Part shown: piece after piece, positions 1-8,526 of the stretch
Layout of the letters: the number at the start of each line of letters is the position of its first letter
Numbering within the stretch: the first letter of the stretch is position 1
Source of the DNA: an uncultured Planctomycetia bacterium
GTDB lineage: Bacteria; Omnitrophota; Gorgyraeia; JABMRG01; JAFGKX01
Direction: 5' to 3'
NCBI GenBank assembly: GCA_964570585.1
Contig: CAZMYR010000002.1
Span: 7,313 to 71,312, forward strand
Length of the DNA stretch: 64,000 bases
Made by a program: the position numbers and the translations under genes
The notes under the pieces: model-generated
The model's database searches: none
Told to the model about the DNA's origin: nothing
What the model saw: only the letters and a program-made list of their open reading frames with translations

Positions 1-2343
1 GGTATATAGCTCTGTGAAAGGCTGTCTCAACGCTCGATTTTAATACGGGTCCAAATCCTTCAACGACCTTGCCGCTGGCAATATCGACTACAACATATTC
101 TTCAGCTGCCATCTTCTCAAAAGACTTGCCGCTTGCCTTAATAACCATAAAGCGCCTGGTTCTTGTGCAAGCACTGATATTTCCTCCCGGCCCATCAACA
201 AGTCCCTTTTTGGCTATCTCCTGCCCTTCAAGGTATAGCTTTTGCCTTATCTCCTCTATCTCGTCTCTATATTCGTCGATTTCTTCCGCATGAATTTTAA
301 TCGTTGGAACTTTAGCCGGTTTTTTCGTCTGCCGACCGCTTAAAAGCGCCTGCCTGCTTGCTTCAAGAGGCATAAGCCTCTCTACGTTATCGTCATCAAG
401 CAATATTAAAGAGCCCATAGCCTGGCTGGCGATAATAATCTCTGCCGTGCTTATGGCTACCTTATTACGATAACGTGCCTGGTCAGCATTCACGCCCGCT
501 GTGATAACAGAACCATCTTTAAGCAAGATCGCATTATGATTATCAAGTATGGCATGTTCAATTCCTACAGTTGTTGGGGCCTGAGCTACTTGAGAATCTA
601 TTGTTGTCAGCTCAATTACAGGAACAGGGCCTTTTTCATTTAATACAGCAACATACTCAGGGCAAACTGGACCCAAGGCCTGATCAGCCTGGAATATTTC
701 GTCAACACCGTCTGGCTGAGATTGTACTATGTATTTTACAGGTTCTTTGCGATCTGCAGTATCAGCAGCGTGATATATCCTTAGATGAGCATCCAGGCTG
801 CGGTCATCTATATGTTCAGGGTTATATAGCTCAACTTCTATCAATTTTTTGTCTTTAGAATTCATAAAATATATGCCCTTGCCACCAAGCATACTTACTG
901 TTACATTCTTCAGGCCATCTGCTTCTGCCCTGTCTATAAGTTCTAATAATTCCCCCTCTGCATTGCTAAGATATGTCTCTTCAGGATCTTCGTTGCATAT
1001 TATCCTTACTTTTAAAGCCTTACCACTCTTAGCTGCTCCAAATGCCACAGGTAAGTCTTTTAATCTTATCTCTTGGGTAATTAAATTATCAAGCAGCGCT
1101 TGAGAAAGCACACCCTCTTCAATGAGCTTATATCCCTGTTTCAACATGTTTGTAGGAGCTCCGGTATTTCCAAAAAATGTAATCTCGCTACCGCGAACTC
1201 TACCGACAGATACATCACCCCACGCCTTGGTTGTTCCTCCATAAGCACTTACAGCGCCTCCTCTGTTGGTAAGGCTTGCTGCCTCCAAATATACCTTTTC
1301 TGCAACTTCTTTTGTTGTTGGAGAAAAAGCAATTATGCTTGTGTCAGCACCGGAATATAGCTTTTCTTTTTGAACAGGAGCCATATTGCTACTATCATAA
1401 ACCTCGACATGATAAAGCCCCATGGCATCGAGTATTTCCCTGGCCATTTGAACGCGTTTTGAGTCTGTATCAAATATTATTACCTCTGGATAACGTACAT
1501 CAACAGAATCACCATCATATGCAACGGGCTTATCAACAAGCGATGCCAATACAGCATGCATAATGCCCTGGAATCCTGCGCCCCATACCACCAACTTCCT
1601 GGATTTCCCTTTTACCCGCTGTTTTGCGCGCAGTAGGTCATAGAGGGCACAGCCAATAGGCTCTGAAAGAGCTGCATATTTGGAGGGTATTCTGTGTGAA
1701 ACCTTGACCACATTTCCAGATTTAATTGCTTCATCTGAAATCACAACCCAGGGAGCAAAAAAGCCCGGCATTGCATGGCTATAAGAGGTTCTATATATAC
1801 AAAGGTGGGGCACTCCCTTTTTGCAATTTATGCATTTTCCACAACTGATATTCGGATCGATTAAAACCCTGTCGCCTTTTTTATATCCTTTTACTCTACT
1901 TCCTAAAGCTACAACTATACCTACGGCTTCATGACCTAAGATGCCTTTTGTCTTGGGGTCTGTATCTCTATCGCCTCGCACCTTTCCAAGATCAGTGCCG
2001 CATATATAAGAGCTTTCTATTGCCACAACAATGCCGTCTTCCGGTGCACTAGGTTTGAGCATGCCAATATTTTCAAACTGGCCTTTTGGGCCAAAAACAG
2101 GAAAGGCTACCGCCTTCTTATTTACAGGAGATGTCAATAGATGACCATATATGTGTTGATGTTTAGCAGCTAGGTTAGTTGAAAAATTAGCTCCAGTTGG
2201 AGATGTTTCGTGTGGGATAATTCCATGAGGGTACCCATTCTTAGCAGCTATGGGGCGCAAGGCAAGCGCATCCGGTGGGATAATAGCCACAGCTAATGCT
2301 CCGCATAAAATTAATGATACTAATTTATATGTTAGGTATTTCA
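1..2343 (-). CDS. Partial (C-terminus beyond window start) secreted multidomain enzyme: signal peptide + Zn-dependent medium-chain alcohol dehydrogenase (MDR) domain + class II aldolase/adducin-like domain
   Basis: The ORF track lists no minus-strand ORF here. Manual reverse translation is open from ATG at 2341-2343 to the window edge; ORFs lacking an in-window stop, like this one, appear to be omitted from the track. N-terminus MKYLTYKLVSLILCGALAVAIIPPDALA (signal-like). GHEAVG motif (rc of ~1926-1943) and CGKCINC structural-Zn motif typical of the MDR family. Near the window start the protein reads ...GLVDGPGGNISA... (rc of ~170-200), a class II aldolase hallmark. Confidence 0.55.
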
Positions 2344-2418
2344 TATATTATAACGTGGTTAAAGCAAAGACAAAGGCGTTTTTGCTACGTCAGGCGGGAT
2401 TATTCAAGTTTATATAAA

Positions 2419-2447
2419 AGTTTACTATAAGTTTTTAAATTTGTCAA
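2419..2447 (-). promoter_or_regulatory. Candidate sigma70-like promoter (TTGACA-17-TAAACT) upstream of the ADH/aldolase gene
   Basis: Minus-strand reading ttgacaaatttaaaaacttatagtaaact lies ~75-100 nt upstream of the ATG at 2343. The background is AT-rich, so chance matches are likely. Confidence 0.25.
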
Positions 2448-2471
2448 GCGTTATTTTCAGTATATGTCTTT

Positions 2472-3530
2472 TTATAAATTATTGTCTAGCGTTTCAAGAT
2501 ATCTCACATCTTCTTGCATATATACAGTAGGCAAATGAGCATATTTCATGGTATCCCGAATGTCCGAATGGCCTAAAAGCTCCTTAATTTTGTAGATATC
2601 CACGCCTTTCTTTAGTAGAAATGTTGCGTATGAGTGTCTGAGCTCATGCAGGCGCGTTAGGCCTTCAATGACGGCTTTCTTGGCTATTCTTATAAGCACT
2701 CTACGGGGTTTTTGCTTGGAATATTCTTTAAATACCCTACTTGATTCCTTTGGAATATTAGATAATACATTTTTAAGGCTATCATGCATAGGGATGACTC
2801 TTTCTTTTGCCTTTCCTGTTTTTCTATTTATGCCTTTTGGGCGGAAATTTTCTTTATTGCGGATATATATTAGGCCTTTATTAAAATCTATATCATTCCA
2901 TTCAAGGTTTAGCAGTTCTGCTTTTCGTAATCCGGTATGAATAAATGCATAAAACATAGGGTAAAATTCCGGATAATGGTTTTTGCAAACTTGCATAAAT
3001 TTACTATATTCTTGTTCTGATAATACTCTAATAGGTTTTGAATCTATTATTTCCACGGATTTTAGATTATTAGCTGGATTTACTGATATATAATTCCACT
3101 CAACTGCTTTATTGAAAAAGGCTTTGAGGGCAATTACATGGTTCTTCAATGTGCAGGTCTTGGCTTGGCTTAACCTACATTGCTTATAATCTTCCAATAG
3201 CTTGGGCGTAATATCTGATAAATTCTTAACGCTAGGATAATCTTTTAAAAAAGTGCTGAAAGTCTTTAAGATTGTATTATAGCTTCGCAATGTATGGGCG
3301 CGTCTATTAGTTTTGATCCATTCTAAATAGTCAGTTATAAAAGATTCGATGGATTTTTTAAAGAAAATCCTATTTTTGCCAGAAAGTAAAGATTCTGATA
3401 TCTTCTGATTTAAGATTTCTCTAGCAAGGGATTTTAAAGCAGTGCCGGAGCTTTCTCTTATTCTTTTCCCTGCTATTGAATAGGCTAGCCACCAAAGCGG
3501 GCTATCTTTTCTTTTATAAATTACACCCAT
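2472..3530 (-). CDS. int: Tyrosine site-specific recombinase (phage-type integrase)
   Basis: 352 aa. C-terminal catalytic signature LHELRHSYATFLLKKGVDIYKIKELLGHSDIRDTMKYAHL (R..H-x-x-R...Y). N-terminal SAM-like/arm-binding region. Confidence 0.85.
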   Translation of the reverse strand: MGVIYKRKDSPLWWLAYSIAGKRIRESSGTALKSLAREILNQKISESLLSGKNRIFFKKSIESFITDYLEWIKTNRRAHTLRSYNTILKTFSTFLKDYPSVKNLSDITPKLLEDYKQCRLSQAKTCTLKNHVIALKAFFNKAVEWNYISVNPANNLKSVEIIDSKPIRVLSEQEYSKFMQVCKNHYPEFYPMFYAFIHTGLRKAELLNLEWNDIDFNKGLIYIRNKENFRPKGINRKTGKAKERVIPMHDSLKNVLSNIPKESSRVFKEYSKQKPRRVLIRIAKKAVIEGLTRLHELRHSYATFLLKKGVDIYKIKELLGHSDIRDTMKYAHLPTVYMQEDVRYLETLDNNL

Positions 3531-3539
3531 AAAATAATG

Positions 3540-3767
3540 TTATCCTGCTATTTTTGTTATTGGTCTTGCCAATACCGGTTGTTTGAATGATTCGGCAAAT
3601 CTATTTAATTCCGATAATCTAAAAAGAACTCTACCTCTTACCTTGTAGCAAGGTATCAGGCCTTTATGCCGCCAAACATAAAGCGTAGATTCTTTTATAT
3701 TTAAAAATTCTGATACTTCATTAATACTTACAAACCTTTCCATCTCTGCCCCCTTTATTTTTTCCAT
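3540..3767 (-). CDS. AlpA/Xis-like helix-turn-helix DNA-binding protein (excisionase/transcriptional regulator)
   Basis: 75 aa, MERFVSINEVSEFLNIKESTLYVWRHKGLIPCYKVRGRVLFRLSELNRF. Lies immediately upstream of int on the same strand. The true start may be the internal Met at ~3743. Confidence 0.65.
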   Translation of the reverse strand: MEKIKGAEMERFVSINEVSEFLNIKESTLYVWRHKGLIPCYKVRGRVLFRLSELNRFAESFKQPVLARPITKIAG

Positions 3768-3908
3768 GAAACCAAAATTAATATAGCTGTAGCTAATAAC
3801 GCTGCTATTACAAATCTCATTCCTAGTATTTCATTACCAGATAACTATGTTTATACTTATCAAGCTTGAAAATATTATTATTTTGTGCAAGTCCATTTTA
3901 GCTCCTTT

Positions 3909-3926
3909 CTTAACTTATAAGTTAAG
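3909..3926. promoter_or_regulatory. Operator O1: perfect 18-bp palindrome CTTAAC-ttataa-GTTAAG
   Basis: Seen directly. It has the same half-sites and 6-bp spacer as O2 and O3. It sits between the XRE gene and the xis-int genes. Confidence 0.5.
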
Positions 3927-3950
3927 TTTATAGTTAAAAAATATATCATA

Positions 3951-3968
3951 CTTAACCTATTTGTTAAG
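3951..3968. promoter_or_regulatory. Operator O2: CTTAAC-ctattt-GTTAAG, part of a 30-bp direct repeat (3939-3968)
   Basis: The 30-bp stretch aatatatcatacttaacctatttgttaag recurs at 4209-4238 with 2 differences. Confidence 0.5.
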
Positions 3969-3987
3969 TTTTGATGTAAAAAAATAT

Positions 3988-4179
3988 TCAGAAGAGATCT
4001 TTTGCTTTGCATCCTAAAACCTTTGCTAATTGCTCAAGTTTTTTTATTGATACCATCTTCCCATTCTCTATCTGGCAGATGTAACTTTCGCTCACGCCTA
4101 TCTTTTTTGCAAGTTCAAGCTGTGTTAAGTTCATCTGCTGTCTCTTTGCTTTTAATTTGCTTCCGATATCAATCGTCAT
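3988..4179 (-). CDS. XRE-family (Cro/CI-type) HTH transcriptional regulator
   Basis: 63 aa, LTQLELAKKIGVSESYICQIENGK. Flanked by the operator-like inverted repeats O1-O3. Confidence 0.8.
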   Translation of the reverse strand: MTIDIGSKLKAKRQQMNLTQLELAKKIGVSESYICQIENGKMVSIKKLEQLAKVLGCKAKDLF

Positions 4180-4220
4180 TTGAAAAAACCTTTATTGTCA
4201 ACATGTTGAATATATCATAA

Positions 4221-4238
4221 CTTAACCTATTTGTCAAG
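4221..4238. promoter_or_regulatory. Operator O3: CTTAAC-ctattt-GTCAAG, ~45 bp upstream of the XRE start codon
   Basis: Second copy of the 30-bp direct repeat (4209-4238). Confidence 0.45.
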
Positions 4239-4257
4239 TGGTATTTTTATTTTTATT

Positions 4258-4998
4258 TTACTTACCTTTCTGCTGCATATCATCCATTTTGTTAAAAAGC
4301 ATATTAATTATATTGTCTGCAAATTTAAATACTTCTAACACCTTATATGCATCTACAAATGGTTTTGCTTGTGCTTGGATTACAAGATCGTCTTTTGCTG
4401 CAATATCTTTCTCCTCAATCTTAAGTGTTTTGAAATTTAGTTTTTTTACTTTCGGCCATATAACATCTTGCGTAATTTTTTTAATATTATAATGGTTGTA
4501 TGGATTTCGTATTGTGTTTTTAAAATCTGTCAACTTGTCTTTTTCCTCACTAGTTAAAAGTCCAGCGGACTCGGCTCTATCAATAGCAAAATTGAATGTC
4601 ATCTTTTCAAATTCATCCATTTTATCTGGATTATATTTATGGCTCCCCTCTTCCCATACTATAGTTGTGTATTTCAAAACATATTCAACCAGAATCCCTG
4701 ATAAAGTAATCGCTGCACCATTCAATCCAAAAATAATACATTCTCTGATTTCAGTATAAAGTGCTCTTATAGTAGGGGCTGCTATAGAAGAAAGAGTAGG
4801 GAGATTCCGCAACAGACTAATGGCATTTTCTTTACGTTTTGCGAATAAAAGATCTATGTATTCTTCTGGGCTTTTCTCAGGAGTCTTATCAAATTTTACA
4901 CCTTTTCTCATTAATTCTTCTATATCACCTGAATTAAGTATTATTCGATCTGCTCCTTCCTTTATCAATCGACTCATTAAATTTTCAAGGTCTTCCAT
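4258..4998 (-). CDS. Hypothetical protein (islet cargo)
   Basis: 246-aa ORF with no recognisable motif. Tightly spaced with neighbouring minus-strand genes. Confidence 0.45.
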   Translation of the reverse strand: MEDLENLMSRLIKEGADRIILNSGDIEELMRKGVKFDKTPEKSPEEYIDLLFAKRKENAISLLRNLPTLSSIAAPTIRALYTEIRECIIFGLNGAAITLSGILVEYVLKYTTIVWEEGSHKYNPDKMDEFEKMTFNFAIDRAESAGLLTSEEKDKLTDFKNTIRNPYNHYNIKKITQDVIWPKVKKLNFKTLKIEEKDIAAKDDLVIQAQAKPFVDAYKVLEVFKFADNIINMLFNKMDDMQQKGK

Positions 4999-5017
4999 GT
5001 TTCATTTCCTTTACAAA

Positions 5018-5836
5018 TTAATATGTAGACCTAAATTCATCCGACTCTAAAAGTTCTTTAATATAATTTATTGGATAAACAACACCTAAGCCTGTATGAA
5101 AATAATCGCCGGCTCTATAAAAAGGTCGAAATTGACTCACAATACCTATTAACTTCGGCTTGTTGTTACGCACTCTAAAAACTGGGCCACCGCTATTACC
5201 TGGCGCCACTGTGGCATCTATATAAAAAAACTTATCTTTTTTCTCCTTCAGCGCAACTATTCCTTTGCGAACCATGGGATCAACTCCGTAAGAAGCACCA
5301 AAACCTAAAGGAAACCCTAAATAATAAACGTCGTCACCTTTTCGAATTCTTGCAACTTCTTCAAAATCATCTAAAGTTAAAAGTGAAACTGACTCCTTCT
5401 TAGGGATTAATCCTATTACGGTTGCTACTATGTCAACACCAGAATCATTGTGTGGGACCCATTTTAAAGAAGGATATTTATTGCTTAGATTTGAAAAATA
5501 TCGTTTAAATTCAGTTCCATCTTTCCTGTTTCCCCAAAAACATAAATTGGGTCTTAATTTTCCATGCTCGTCAAAGACTACATGTTTTGCAGTTACTAAA
5601 ATATATCTATCTGTTTGCAGCACGACCCCAGCCCCAAACAAAGAATTCTTTTTTTCAACCTCTCCTGTAAACTTATTTTTAACTTCATATACTTCTTGGC
5701 CAATTGCAACAACACATTCTTCCCATTTATCAGGGACATTTAAATCAGCTAATGCATTTAAACTTAATGCAAAAGATAGAAGCAGCGCAAAACTAATTAC
5801 AAAACAATTTTTCATTTTACAATATTTGCGTGTCAT
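5018..5836 (-). CDS. Secreted trypsin-like (S1 family) serine protease
   Basis: N-terminal signal peptide (CFVISFALLLSFALSLNALA). TAKHVV (catalytic His region) and GNSGGPVF (catalytic Ser) motifs. Confidence 0.75.
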   Translation of the reverse strand: MTRKYCKMKNCFVISFALLLSFALSLNALADLNVPDKWEECVVAIGQEVYEVKNKFTGEVEKKNSLFGAGVVLQTDRYILVTAKHVVFDEHGKLRPNLCFWGNRKDGTEFKRYFSNLSNKYPSLKWVPHNDSGVDIVATVIGLIPKKESVSLLTLDDFEEVARIRKGDDVYYLGFPLGFGASYGVDPMVRKGIVALKEKKDKFFYIDATVAPGNSGGPVFRVRNNKPKLIGIVSQFRPFYRAGDYFHTGLGVVYPINYIKELLESDEFRSTY

Positions 5837-5956
5837 TTTTGTGACACAAGTTTAAGAAAATATTAAAATATGCAAGAAATATAAAAATAGGTAAAAGTTG
5901 GTTCTGGTATTAAAAATACCCCTATTTGTTGGATTTCTCGACGATAAAGTATAGCC

Positions 5957-5998
5957 CCCCGCAGATTTGCTTCGCAAATCTAAGCGCAGGGGGCATAA
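5957..5998 (-). terminator. Stem-loop with flanking T-runs (possible bidirectional intrinsic terminator downstream of tRNA-Ser)
   Basis: gcccccCGCAGATTTGCttcGCAAATCTaaGCGcagggggc. Perfect 8-bp core stem plus GC-rich outer stem. Followed on the + strand by aattttttg. Confidence 0.4.
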
Positions 5999-6020
5999 TT
6001 TTTTGCAAGGCAAAAAATTA

Positions 6021-6110
6021 TGGCGGAGAGGCTGGGATTCGAACCCAGGAGGCCCGTAAAGACCCACACGCTTTCCAAGCGTGCTCTTTCAACCACTCAG
6101 ACACCTCTCC
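6021..6110 (-). tRNA. tRNA-Ser (anticodon GGA), CCA encoded
   Basis: rc = GGAGAGGTGTCTGAGTGGTTGAAAGAGCACGCTTGGAAAGCGTGTGGGTCTTTACGGGCCTCCTGGGTTCGAATCCCAGCCTCTCCGCCA. Anticodon stem CACGC/GCGTG with loop TTGGAAA. Long variable arm. GGTTCGAATCC T-loop. Confidence 0.85.
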
Positions 6111-6180
6111 ATTTAGGGAATAGTTTCCCGAACAAATCTGAGACACTTTCCCGAACAAGTTGGAAAACGTCTGTTATTTG

Positions 6181-7065
6181 TTATTCTTTTTCTATTTTGC
6201 TTAGGGTGGCGGTGACTTTGGTAAACATTGGGGCTTCTACAATGGCTAAAATAGGGAGCCTTTTCTTATCAGAGCTAAAATAACCGCTTACCTTTCCCTT
6301 TTTTACCTTCTCGCCGTCTAATACTTTCGCATATGGCTGAATGGAAAAACTCTCAAAATTGCCTAATTCTTTGATTTTTATGAATTTCTTCTTTTCTATT
6401 ACTCCAAAGAGCTCATAATTTTGTTCATTATTTACGACAGAGTATTTTATGCGGTCGCCCAATTTCAACTTTAACATCCTGAAGTAATAACAGGCACTTA
6501 ATGTATCCTGAGACCCTTTAGATATTTTAAAGGTTTTCTTCGATTTATCAAGGAAATTCTCAAAATGGGCTATGTGTTCCTTTTGATTAAAATCGGTAAC
6601 AGCGTCTTTTTCGTAACGGCCCTCTCTCCTATGCACTTTATGCCGCAGAGTAGCCAGAGTTTGTACATCTATAAAAGAGGTAAACTCATCCTTAATCCTA
6701 TAAATAGCAGAGCAGAAATCATTGGTCCGGACGGCAACTTTGACTTTATAGGCGTTACGGCCATTAATCTGCTCAAGTTCCGGGGCAACGGATGCAACAA
6801 TAGTCCCTACCGGAATACCGAGCCATCTTACTTGATAGGTTAATTTTTCTCCTAACGGAAGTTTTGCCGGCGGAGTTTTAATCTCTATTTGCTCGGAATA
6901 TATCTTTTCGCCTTTTTCGGTTTTGAATACGTCGGTGGTTTTTGCAATATAAGTAGTTGCGCATCCACTTATAAAGAAAGATAGAATACAAAGTAATGAT
7001 GTATTTATGATAAATCGCTGGATATATCCTCCTCTTTCCGTAGTGTAGCGCATACAAAAATTCAA
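6181..7065 (-). CDS. Lipoprotein, DUF3108-like (lipobox ISGC)
   Basis: 294 aa. LLCILSFFISGC signal/lipobox. LTYQVRWLGIPVG-type motif. The start is probably the internal Met (MRYTTERGG). Confidence 0.5.
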   Translation of the reverse strand: MNFCMRYTTERGGYIQRFIINTSLLCILSFFISGCATTYIAKTTDVFKTEKGEKIYSEQIEIKTPPAKLPLGEKLTYQVRWLGIPVGTIVASVAPELEQINGRNAYKVKVAVRTNDFCSAIYRIKDEFTSFIDVQTLATLRHKVHRREGRYEKDAVTDFNQKEHIAHFENFLDKSKKTFKISKGSQDTLSACYYFRMLKLKLGDRIKYSVVNNEQNYELFGVIEKKKFIKIKELGNFESFSIQPYAKVLDGEKVKKGKVSGYFSSDKKRLPILAIVEAPMFTKVTATLSKIEKE

Positions 7066-7113
7066 ACCTTGGCGTTATTAGACGAGAAACACCAAGGTTC
7101 GAATTGGTATCAG

Positions 7114-7205
7114 TGGCGGAGAGAGGAGGATTCGAACCCCCGACCCCGAAATTTCGGGGTAATCGCTTTCGAGGCGATCGCTTTCAGCCACTCAGCCATC
7201 TCTCC
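7114..7205 (-). tRNA. tRNA-Ser (anticodon CGA), CCA encoded
   Basis: rc = GGAGAGATGGCTGAGTGGCTGAAAGCGATCGCCTCGAAAGCGATTACCCCGAAATTTCGGGGTCGGGGGTTCGAATCCTCCTCTCTCCGCCA. Anticodon stem ATCGC/GCGAT with loop CTCGAAA. Long variable arm. Confidence 0.85.
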
Positions 7206-7209
7206 AGTT

Positions 7210-8496
7210 CTACATCTGTTTTCCTTCAGCGCCTCCTGTTGGCTCGGTGGGAACCTTCTTTTCTACCCGGGAGCGCTCTAAGAAAAATGTAATTAAGATC
7301 CCAATAATAAATCCGCCAACTGTAAATAGCCTCAAAAATATTTTCGTTGGCCTTATTTTGGCAACAGGGGCCCCGCCTTCTCTCGCAAATCCCGCTATCG
7401 AAGCAGAAACAATAGAAATACCGCCGGCCCTTAGCTGTTGTTGGGCCACTTCATAGAGGCTCGCTAAATTTTCTAACTTGGTTTTTAAAAGGTCGAATTC
7501 TCTTTTTTTATCTAATAAACCAGAGTATTCTTTTTTCCCTTTTTTCATTTCGGCTTCAATTTCCGAAATTCTCCCCTTTGTGTAATCTAACTTTTCTTTT
7601 AACCCCCCTGACAGTTCTTTTATCCTGGAATCTACTTTTTTTATGGCAGATTCCTTGCGCTGATTTAACTCAACTATCTTGGGGTGCCCTGCCTTATAGG
7701 TCCTTAATAACTGCTTTGTTTCTGACTGGATGGTTTCATATTCCCTCCTGTAATCAGCCAATAAATCTCTTAAAGATGGGTCTATGCGCTGGGTAATAAT
7801 TTCAGTTGTATCTTTTTCTTTGGTAAGCCGTTGGAGCTTCTCAAGAATCTTTTCATTTTCTTCTAACCCAACCGAAAGATGGGTCTTTTCTCCAATTAAC
7901 TGGTCGGCGCTTTTTTGGTAATTGTTTAGTTGCTGCTGTGGATTTTGCATATCGTTGTCTTTTATAAAATTTAATAATTTATTTTCGGTCTCTTTTAGGT
8001 CTTTACCCAATTTGCTTGATTTAGAAAACCACTCCATAGCGTCTTTAGAAATAGAAAAACTTTCCTCTTTACGTAACTGGCGAAATGAATTGGCTAATTG
8101 CGAAGCCATACCGGCTGCCAGCTGTGGTGTTTTTGCAACAGCCGTTATTTTGATAAGTGTACTTCCTATCGGTTTTACTCTTATGTGCTTTAAGAAACTC
8201 TCTCTTGGCCGTCTTTGATTTATAACATCAGTTATCTTTAAATGCAATTTATCGATAGCATTGTCCACAACTTCGTTGCTCTTTATAATTTCTGCTTGAT
8301 ACATCAGGTATTCTGAGATAGCCTCCGTATCCCGGGAGAAACCATATACTACATCGGTAGGTTGTATGACAATCTCTACTATTGCCTTATAAACAGGGCT
8401 GATGATTAAAGAAAAAACAAAACCTATCAAGGATGCCAAAATGGTTGATACAATAATTACTACTTTTCTCTTCCAGATTAATTTTAAGATGTTCAT
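7210..8496 (-). CDS. Wzz-like polysaccharide co-polymerase (chain-length determinant), no kinase domain
   Basis: N-terminal TM followed by SPVYKAIVEIVIQP (Wzz motif). Long coiled-coil periplasmic region. C-terminal TM. Stop lies 4 nt from the tRNA. Confidence 0.7.
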   Translation of the reverse strand: MNILKLIWKRKVVIIVSTILASLIGFVFSLIISPVYKAIVEIVIQPTDVVYGFSRDTEAISEYLMYQAEIIKSNEVVDNAIDKLHLKITDVINQRRPRESFLKHIRVKPIGSTLIKITAVAKTPQLAAGMASQLANSFRQLRKEESFSISKDAMEWFSKSSKLGKDLKETENKLLNFIKDNDMQNPQQQLNNYQKSADQLIGEKTHLSVGLEENEKILEKLQRLTKEKDTTEIITQRIDPSLRDLLADYRREYETIQSETKQLLRTYKAGHPKIVELNQRKESAIKKVDSRIKELSGGLKEKLDYTKGRISEIEAEMKKGKKEYSGLLDKKREFDLLKTKLENLASLYEVAQQQLRAGGISIVSASIAGFAREGGAPVAKIRPTKIFLRLFTVGGFIIGILITFFLERSRVEKKVPTEPTGGAEGKQM

Positions 8497-8526
8497 TTTT
8501 GCTCTCCATGGTTGGGGACGTCCCCA

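Noticed and set aside
7114-7205. Second tRNA-Ser as the attR duplicate of the integrase islet
   Set aside because: It is a complete, different isoacceptor (anticodon CGA, different acceptor stem) rather than a partial 3'-end direct repeat. It also lies on the far side of the tRNA-Ser(GGA) gene from the integrase.
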